Origin: an uncultured Gammaproteobacteria bacterium
Lineage (GTDB): Bacteria; Patescibacteriota; Microgenomatia; UBA1406; HO2-37-13b
Length of the DNA stretch: 64,000 nucleotides
NCBI GenBank assembly: GCA_965230965.1
Contig: OZ246401.1
Coordinates: 53,199-117,198 of the forward strand
Reading direction: 5' to 3'
Below are positions 55,132 to 61,976 of this stretch, piece after piece. Under the pieces are notes generated by a model. It did not search any database and was not told the DNA's origin. It saw only the letters and a list, made by a program, of their open reading frames with translations. Both the position numbers and the translations under genes were made by a program. Position 1 is the first letter of the stretch; the number at the start of each line of letters is the position of its first letter.

Positions 55132-56357
55132 GAGAATAGTTCAACCGCTTTTGCAAATGAGGAAATGAAGCGCTCAACCTCTTCTTCAGTGTTGTAAAAG
55201 TAAAGACTTGCGCGTGTTGAAGCAGGAATCTTAAAATAGGTGTGAAGCGGCATTGCACAATGGTGACCAGCACGAACACACATATGGTCACCATTCAAGA
55301 TATCTGCAAGATCGTGAGGATGTGTATTCTCAACAAACATAGCTGCAACAGCGACTCGTTTATGCTTACTTTTTTCACCTAAAATTTGCAAGCGATCACC
55401 AAGTTTTTGTTTTAAACCCTGCGTAAGCTTATTCATTAACATTTCTTCGTGATCATTAATTGCCTCAAAGGTAACATTTTGCAAATACTTAATAGATTCT
55501 TTAAATGCTATGATGCCAGAAATGTGCGGTGTTCCCGCCTCAAAACGATATGGCGGCTCCTGATATGTGGAGCCATCTATGGCGACATTCATAATCATGT
55601 CGCCGCCATACATAAAAGGCTTCATGTCCGCTAGGCGTTCTTTCTTACCAAACAATACACCAACGCCTGTCGGACCACACATTTTGTGCGCGGAAAAAGC
55701 AAGAAAATCGCAATCGATTGCGCGCACATCAACTTTTATATGCGGCACAGCTTGTGCCGCATCAACAACAATAATTGTGTTGGGATTGATTGCTCTAACT
55801 GCCTTAACGATATCTTCAATCGGATTAATAATACCCAAGACGTTTGAAACATACGTGCAAGCAAAAATCTTTGTCTTGGGGCCAATCATTTTTTTGAGTT
55901 GTGACAGATCTAGATCACTATTTTCATCAACCGGAACAACCTTGAATGTTGCTTTTTTTCGTAATGCGAGTTGTTGCCATGTAACAAAATTTGCATGATG
56001 CTCCATGAGCGTTGTAACAACCTCATCTCCTTCTTCAACTACCTGCTCGCCCATGGTATAACAAAGCAAATTTATTGACTCGGTCGTTCCTCGTGTAAAT
56101 ACAATTTCATTTTCTTCAGCATTGAGAAATTCTGCAACCACACTCCTCGTTTCTTCAAACTCTGCTGTTGCTGCCTCTGACAAATCATAAATGCCGCGAT
56201 GAATATTTGCGCCCAAATGTGTGTAATATTGTGAAATTGCATCTATGACAACCTGTGGTTTAAGTGACGTAGCAGTGGAGTCAAAATACACAACGTCGGG
56301 ATTATTCTGAAGAATAGGAAAGTCTTTTCTAAAATCACCCATTGATGACATCGTCAT
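55128..56357 (-). CDS. sufS: cysteine desulfurase (SufS/CsdA class II)
   Basis: 409 aa. PLP Lys in FSAHKMCGPTG and catalytic Cys in RAGHHCAMPL. Confidence 0.92.
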   Translation of the reverse strand: MTMSSMGDFRKDFPILQNNPDVVYFDSTATSLKPQVVIDAISQYYTHLGANIHRGIYDLSEAATAEFEETRSVVAEFLNAEENEIVFTRGTTESINLLCYTMGEQVVEEGDEVVTTLMEHHANFVTWQQLALRKKATFKVVPVDENSDLDLSQLKKMIGPKTKIFACTYVSNVLGIINPIEDIVKAVRAINPNTIIVVDAAQAVPHIKVDVRAIDCDFLAFSAHKMCGPTGVGVLFGKKERLADMKPFMYGGDMIMNVAIDGSTYQEPPYRFEAGTPHISGIIAFKESIKYLQNVTFEAINDHEEMLMNKLTQGLKQKLGDRLQILGEKSKHKRVAVAAMFVENTHPHDLADILNGDHMCVRAGHHCAMPLHTYFKIPASTRASLYFYNTEEEVERFISSFAKAVELFS

Positions 56358-56961
56358 ATTCTACAACTTTTTTCCTCAAAGTGTCGATGTCAATATCTTG
56401 TGCAACTTCTTTCATTCTCAAAAAGATCTCTTCAATAAATCCCTTGATAACCAACTGTTCTGCTTGTTTTTTATCAATGCCTCTTGCCATTATGTACTGA
56501 AGTTGTTCCTTATCAATTCTTCCCGTTGTTGATCCGTGTGTGCAGCGCACATCATTTGCTTGAATTTCTAGGAAAGGTCTAGAGTCAACATACGCTTCTT
56601 TAGAAAGCAATAGGTTTTGATTCTTTTGATACGCATTCGATTGCTGCGCATCTTTTGCGATGTTAATTAATCCTTCAAATAAAAACTTAGATTGATCAAA
56701 AAATACACCGCGCACAAAAAGATCAGACATTGAATTTCCTTTTTGATGATCCTGAACAGTCATGATTTTAATATTATCGTTACTCTTACCTACATACATA
56801 CCAAATATGTATGCTTGAGCACCTTCCTTTTGAATCTCAACATGGACCTTTCCTGAATAATTATGAAGGAAAAAAACATGAATATTTGGATCGTCAATGA
56901 CAAATTTTTCCTGTGTGTTTCCCGCTTCTAAAATATGTAATGTATGTTTCATACTATCCAA
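56335..56961 (-). CDS. sufD: short SufD-like Fe-S assembly protein (beta-helix core only)
   Basis: 208 aa. C-terminal DVRCTHGSTTGRIDKEQLQYIMARGIDKKQAEQLVIKGF matches the SufB/SufD core. Sits between sufB and sufS. Confidence 0.7.
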   Translation of the reverse strand: MDSMKHTLHILEAGNTQEKFVIDDPNIHVFFLHNYSGKVHVEIQKEGAQAYIFGMYVGKSNDNIKIMTVQDHQKGNSMSDLFVRGVFFDQSKFLFEGLINIAKDAQQSNAYQKNQNLLLSKEAYVDSRPFLEIQANDVRCTHGSTTGRIDKEQLQYIMARGIDKKQAEQLVIKGFIEEIFLRMKEVAQDIDIDTLRKKVVEYDDVING

Positions 56962-58366
56962 CAGAACCAGCCATCTCCAAATTAATAAGTCGATTTAATT
57001 CAACCGAGTATTCGAGCGGAATTTCTTTTGTCACTGGTTCAATAAATCCGTTTACCAACATGCCTTCGGCAGCTGATTTTTCAATACCACGCGACATGAG
57101 ATAAAAAAGTTTTTCCTCGCCAATTTTTTCAACAGTTGCTTCGTGCTGTACCTCCACTTCATTGTTCTTTATTTTCATATACGGATATGTATCGGAGCGC
57201 GAAGCCTCGTCCATGAGCAGCGCATCGCACGAAACATAAACCTGTGCGTCGGTCGCATCTGGAGTTACGGTAATAAGCCCACGATACGACGTGCGACCGC
57301 CTGCCTTTGAAATTGATTTTGAGACGATGCGCGATGATGTATGTGGCGCCATATGGAGCATTTTGGCGCCAGCATCTTGGTGTTGATTGGCCCCAGCATA
57401 TGCAATTGAGAGCACCTCGCCTTTTGCATACGGGCCAACAAGATATACTGATGGATATTTCATCGTCACCTTACTCCCAATATTGCAATCTATCCATTCC
57501 ATCAATGCATGCTCTTCTGCTTTTGCGCGCTTTGTAACAAGGTTATACACATTATTACTCCAGTTTTGAACTGTGGTATAGCGAACTTTTGCGCGCGGTT
57601 TGACAAATATTTCTACTACAGCAGCATGCAATGAATCAGTTGTGTAAATTGGTGCTGTGCAACCTTCTATATAATGAACTTGACTATCTTCCTCTGCAAT
57701 AATCAATGTGCGCTCAAATTGCCCAAACCGTTCGGAGTTTATACGAAAGTACGCCTGCAATGGCAATGTAACTTTTACCCCCTTTGGCACATACACAAAT
57801 GATCCTCCCGACCACGTCGCCGTATTGAGCGCGGCAAATTTATTATCGTAAGGAGGAATCAGCGTTGCAAAATATTCCTTGACTATTTCCGGGTATTTTT
57901 GCAACGCAGTATCCATATCGCAAAAAATAACTCCCTGTTTGCCTAATTGTTCTTGCACCTTTTCATACACTACTTCAGAATCATATTGTGCCGAAACCCC
58001 TGCTAAAAAATTTCTCTCTGCCTCCGGCACGCCTATCTTGTCATATGTTTCTCTAATCTCCTCTGGCAAATCTTCCCAAGAATCCGACTGATCCTTCGTC
58101 GCGCGAGCAAAATAGGTTATTTCATCAAAATTAATTCCTGATAAATCAGCACCCCACTCAGGCATCTGTTTTTCTAAAAAAATCTTGTAGCTTTTAACAC
58201 GCAGATCTGTCATCCATTGCGGCTCATTTTTCAATGCTGAAATTTGTCTGACAATATCTTCATTTATCCCTTTGGGAATCCTAACCACAGAGGTATCAGG
58301 CATTGAAAATCCATATTTGTAGTCGAAGTCCAGATTATCTTGAGCAGTTTTTGTCATTCTATCCAA
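56954..58366 (-). CDS. sufB: Fe-S cluster assembly protein SufB
   Basis: 470 aa. Full-length SufB pattern (EPQWMTDLR, GVIFCDM, HEATVEKIGEEKLFYLMSRGI). Confidence 0.93.
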   Translation of the reverse strand: MDRMTKTAQDNLDFDYKYGFSMPDTSVVRIPKGINEDIVRQISALKNEPQWMTDLRVKSYKIFLEKQMPEWGADLSGINFDEITYFARATKDQSDSWEDLPEEIRETYDKIGVPEAERNFLAGVSAQYDSEVVYEKVQEQLGKQGVIFCDMDTALQKYPEIVKEYFATLIPPYDNKFAALNTATWSGGSFVYVPKGVKVTLPLQAYFRINSERFGQFERTLIIAEEDSQVHYIEGCTAPIYTTDSLHAAVVEIFVKPRAKVRYTTVQNWSNNVYNLVTKRAKAEEHALMEWIDCNIGSKVTMKYPSVYLVGPYAKGEVLSIAYAGANQHQDAGAKMLHMAPHTSSRIVSKSISKAGGRTSYRGLITVTPDATDAQVYVSCDALLMDEASRSDTYPYMKIKNNEVEVQHEATVEKIGEEKLFYLMSRGIEKSAAEGMLVNGFIEPVTKEIPLEYSVELNRLINLEMAGSVG

Positions 58367-59070
58367 CCGTATCCATCGGCTTCAATTTTTTGAGAAAGAT
58401 CGGCTTTGCCATGAGTAGCAATTTTTCCATTCATGATTACCAAAACCTCATCGGGTTCTAAATATTTCAAAATTCTATTGTAATGGGTAATGATAACAAT
58501 TGATCTATCCTTACTTTTCATATCTGAAAGAAATTCAGCAATTGTTCTGAGCGAATCCACGTCAACACCCGTATCAATTTCGTCTAGCATTAAAAATGCT
58601 GGCTCCATTATGGCGGCTTGAAGAATTTCCATTTTCTTTTTTTCTCCTCCTGAAAAACCATCGTTCAAAGAACGTGACAACAACTCTTCTTTTATTTTGA
58701 GTTTCTTAGCAAGCTCTTTTAGCTTATTTTTCAATGTTAATGGGTCAAGTTTTCCATCAAGCGCTACGCGAAGCAATTGGAATACATTAACTCCTGACAA
58801 CGTTAAAGGTGACTGGAATGAAAGAAAGATGCCTCTTTTTGCTCGTTGAAAGGCTTCTTCTTCCTTTACATCAATATTATTGAATTTCAACCTGGATTTT
58901 TCTGACAGGGTGTAAAGCGGGTGACCCATTATTGAAGCAGCGAGTGTTGATTTTCCTGAACCGTTTGGGCCCATAATTGCATACACCTTCCCTTTTTCAA
59001 AGGTAAAGTTTAGATTGTCAAGAATTTGTTTATCGCCTATTGAAACAGTGAAATTTTTGACTTGCAGCAT
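58354..59070 (-). CDS. sufC: Fe-S cluster assembly ATPase SufC
   Basis: 238 aa. Walker A GPNGSGKST, ABC signature FSGGEKKK, Walker B LMLDEIDTG. Confidence 0.93.
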   Translation of the reverse strand: MLQVKNFTVSIGDKQILDNLNFTFEKGKVYAIMGPNGSGKSTLAASIMGHPLYTLSEKSRLKFNNIDVKEEEAFQRAKRGIFLSFQSPLTLSGVNVFQLLRVALDGKLDPLTLKNKLKELAKKLKIKEELLSRSLNDGFSGGEKKKMEILQAAIMEPAFLMLDEIDTGVDVDSLRTIAEFLSDMKSKDRSIVIITHYNRILKYLEPDEVLVIMNGKIATHGKADLSQKIEADGYGWIE

Positions 59071-59088
59071 GAAGCTTATTATAACAGC

Positions 59089-59367
59089 TTATACAGCATT
59101 CACTAAATGTCTACGTAACTGAACTTGCAGTGAAATACGGCTTATTGTACCCACTCCCACGCTTAACATATGAGCTATGGCTCGATAATCCCAACCTTCA
59201 TTAAGTAGAGCTGCAATTTGATAGCGATTACATATCATGCGTAACTCACGAGGTGAAAGTATTTCTAATAAAAATTCCTCGTACTCTTCTGCACTTTTCA
59301 AACAGACCAAGTGTTCCGTAACACTATCCAACATATCTTTATTCACTAAGCGCACGTGTTTCCTCAT
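59089..59367 (-). CDS. TrpR-like YerC/YecD family HTH protein, first gene of the suf operon
   Basis: 92 aa. LSPRELRMICNRYQIAALLNEGWDYRAIAHMLSVGVGTISRIS matches the YerC/YecD (Trp repressor fold) pattern as recalled. Confidence 0.6.
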   Translation of the reverse strand: MRKHVRLVNKDMLDSVTEHLVCLKSAEEYEEFLLEILSPRELRMICNRYQIAALLNEGWDYRAIAHMLSVGVGTISRISLQVQLRRHLVNAV

Positions 59368-59373
59368 ATGGCG

Positions 59374-59382
59374 AGTTTAGCA
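59374..59382 (-). promoter_or_regulatory. candidate extended -10 promoter (TGcTAAACT), 6 nt upstream of ATG 59367
   Basis: The minus strand reads caTGCTAAACTcgccatATG. Confidence 0.4.
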
Positions 59383-59456
59383 TGAAAGTATTAAGAAAAA
59401 ATTATCATATTCGCTAGAAACTTCTGCCACATGTTTAACAGACCTTTATGTTTCCA

Positions 59457-59468
59457 TGCACTAGTGCA
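59457..59468. promoter_or_regulatory. perfect 12-bp palindrome TGCACTAGTGCA (candidate operator)
   Basis: Read directly from the sequence. Lies in the 260-bp divergent spacer between the yerC-like/suf operon and fba. Confidence 0.3.
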
Positions 59469-59520
59469 AGATATGTGAAAGATTAACTTATAAGGTTAAA
59501 AGCTAGTAAAACTCCCTCCA

Positions 59521-59532
59521 CGCACTAGTACA
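59521..59532. promoter_or_regulatory. second, imperfect copy CGCACTAGTACA (10/12 identical), centre 64 bp from the first
   Basis: Read directly from the sequence. Confidence 0.25.
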
Positions 59533-59590
59533 CAGGACAAAGATGGTCAAAAAAACATGTAGATGCTATACGTCTTATAGTGTAAGCATA

Positions 59591-59619
59591 TTGACTTTCC
59601 ATTAATTCTCAGCTAGATT
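59591..59619 (+). promoter_or_regulatory. candidate fba promoter
   Basis: TTGACT (59591-59596), 17-nt spacer, TAGATT (59614-59619), then 8 nt to ATG 59628. Confidence 0.5.
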
Positions 59620-59627
59620 TAACTCAC

Positions 59628-60872
59628 ATGCTGGACGAAATTAATATAGATGAACTTGCCTACACTGCCGCGCTTGACAATGATCCAGAAGTTCGACTAT
59701 CCACACAGAAAAAGATTCGCGAAATAGCGAAAGAACAAGGAATTTATTCTCAATCCATTCATGAAGTCTATATGGCCTTCGGACGTGGCGAGCTTTCAGG
59801 ATTTACCGTTCCAGCAATGAATGTGCGTATGTTGACATATGACTTTGCCCAAAGAGTTTTCAAAGTCATAATGAAACTCAATGTTGGCTGCGTTACCTTT
59901 GAACTGGCAAATACTGAGCAACAATATACTGGCCAGCCGCCTTCTGACTATTCTGCATCTATTATTGCTGGCGCGATAAAAACCGGATATAAAGGCCCGG
60001 TTTTTATACTTGGTGATCATTATCAAATGAAAGCAGATATATTTCATGAATCACCTGAAAAAGAAATCGCGCGTGTCAAAGATTTAATAGATCGCTCAAT
60101 AGATGGAGCTTTCTACAATATTGATATTGATGGATCAACCCTGGTTGATTTGGATAAGCCAACGATTGATGAGCAGCAGAAAAATAATTATGAAATGACT
60201 GCTCTGATGACAAAATATATTAGATCAGTACAACCCAAAGGTGTGACCGTATCAATAGGTGGTGAAATTGGTCACATTGGAGGCAAAAATAGCACAGTTG
60301 AAGATTATGAAGCATTTATGGAAGGTTACATAAAAAACCTGGGCGAAGGAGTGCCAGGTATTAGCAAAGTAGCAATTCAGACCGGCACAAGTCATGGTGG
60401 CGTGCCATTACCTGACGGCACGCTTGCAGATGTCACAATTGATTTTGATGTTATTAAAAATATTGGAGATGTTGCACGATCAAAATATGGACTTGGAGGA
60501 CCAGTGCAACATGGAGCATCGACATTACCTGAAGAGCTTTTCAACAAATTTCCTGAACATAAAACATTAGAAATTCATCTTGCAACTGAATTCCAGAATA
60601 TTATTTACGCTCATATGAATGAAGAGCTGAAGCAGAAAATGTGGGCGTGGTTGAGAGAAAATGCTCGTGAAGAATTTAAAGAAGGCATGACAGATGAGCA
60701 GTTTATATATAAATCTCGCAAAAAAGCATGGGGAGCATTCAAAAAGGAAACCTGGCATATCACAAAGGATGAAAAAGAGATCATGATGAATGCAGTCGAA
60801 AAAAAACTTGAGCTTTTATTTAAAGAATTACGCGTTATCAATACAAAAGATGCAGTCAGTCGATTCGTCTGA
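59628..60872 (+). CDS. fba: class II (metal-dependent) fructose-bisphosphate aldolase family protein, long form
   Basis: 414 aa. GFTVPAMNV, ILGDHYQ (D-H), GEIGHIGG and TGTSHGG follow the F_bP_aldolase class II metal/substrate motif order. Followed by pgk. Confidence 0.65.
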   Translation: MLDEINIDELAYTAALDNDPEVRLSTQKKIREIAKEQGIYSQSIHEVYMAFGRGELSGFTVPAMNVRMLTYDFAQRVFKVIMKLNVGCVTFELANTEQQYTGQPPSDYSASIIAGAIKTGYKGPVFILGDHYQMKADIFHESPEKEIARVKDLIDRSIDGAFYNIDIDGSTLVDLDKPTIDEQQKNNYEMTALMTKYIRSVQPKGVTVSIGGEIGHIGGKNSTVEDYEAFMEGYIKNLGEGVPGISKVAIQTGTSHGGVPLPDGTLADVTIDFDVIKNIGDVARSKYGLGGPVQHGASTLPEELFNKFPEHKTLEIHLATEFQNIIYAHMNEELKQKMWAWLRENAREEFKEGMTDEQFIYKSRKKAWGAFKKETWHITKDEKEIMMNAVEKKLELLFKELRVINTKDAVSRFV

Positions 60873-61968
60873 AATAATAAACAAAAGAGTCATCGTGCGT
60901 GTTGATTTTAATGTTCCCATTAAAGATGGAAAAGTCGAAGATGACGCACGTATTCTTGCGGTCAAACCAACACTCGATCATCTTCTTTCGCATAACAACA
61001 AACTTATTCTTATTTCATACCTCGGACGACCCGAGAAAAGAGAACCCAAATTTTCTTTGCAACCTGTTGTGTCAAGATTGAAAGAATTATTTCCAGAGAA
61101 AGAAGTTGAGTTTGTTGAAGATTTTCTTGCTGATGATAGCAGTATTCTTGCTCAAACGGAGGATCAAATCATCCTGCTCGAGAACATTCGTTTTTACCCA
61201 CAAGAAAAAAATAACGATGAAGGATATATTAAAAAAATTGCTGGCTATGCAGATGTGTATGTTAATGACGCATTTTCTGTTTCACATAGAAGTGAGTCAA
61301 CAGTAACTGGCTTGCCAAAACTACTACCCCACTTCGCTGGGTTCCAGCTTATGAAAGAAGTTGAAATGCTTAAGAAAGCAATTGGTGGAAAAGGAAAGCC
61401 GCGTGTTACGATTTTGGGAGGTGCAAAGGTATCAACCAAAATTCAACTGATTGAAAAATTTATCGAATCATCTGATCATATTCTCCTTGGCGGTGCCTTA
61501 GCAAACACATTTTTAGCTGCACAAGGCAGAGATATGGGAAAAAGCTTATATGAAAAAAATTATCTTGAAAAAGCAATATCATTTTTGAAAAAAGCTGAAG
61601 AAAAAAATTGTCTCATACACATGCCATCAGATTTTATAGTTGGTGATGAAGAAGCAATTCTTGATATTGGACCGGAAACAATCAGAAAGTACAAGGAAAT
61701 AATCTCAACTGCCCACACAATAATTTGGAATGGTCCAATGGGCTATTATGAGGACCCGGCGTATCGCGCCGGATCCGATTCAATATTTTATGCAATTGCC
61801 GCCAACAGCTCGGCTTTGTCTATAATCGGCGGCGGCGATACGCTGCTTATTCTTGAAGACAAATCAGCAGATGCGCTTTCGCATATTTCACATATTTCTA
61901 CCGGTGGGGGAGCAATGCTTGAATTTATTGAGAATGGTTCGCTGCCCGGCATAGATGCCCTTTCTTAA
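60850..61968 (+). CDS. pgk: phosphoglycerate kinase
   Basis: VIVRVDFNVP, SYLGRPEK, GGAKVSTKI, GGGDT, STGGGAMLEF. ATG 60850 preferred over the track start; overlaps the fba end by 23 nt. Confidence 0.93.
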   Translation: MQSVDSSEIINKRVIVRVDFNVPIKDGKVEDDARILAVKPTLDHLLSHNNKLILISYLGRPEKREPKFSLQPVVSRLKELFPEKEVEFVEDFLADDSSILAQTEDQIILLENIRFYPQEKNNDEGYIKKIAGYADVYVNDAFSVSHRSESTVTGLPKLLPHFAGFQLMKEVEMLKKAIGGKGKPRVTILGGAKVSTKIQLIEKFIESSDHILLGGALANTFLAAQGRDMGKSLYEKNYLEKAISFLKKAEEKNCLIHMPSDFIVGDEEAILDIGPETIRKYKEIISTAHTIIWNGPMGYYEDPAYRAGSDSIFYAIAANSSALSIIGGGDTLLILEDKSADALSHISHISTGGGAMLEFIENGSLPGIDALS

Positions 61969-61976
61969 TCCCTTGC

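Noticed and set aside
59431-59478. 15-codon mini-ORF (MFNRPLCFHALVQDM) spanning the palindrome in the suf/fba spacer
   Set aside because: No SD or promoter at a suitable distance, and it is very short. More likely a by-product of the palindromic sequence.
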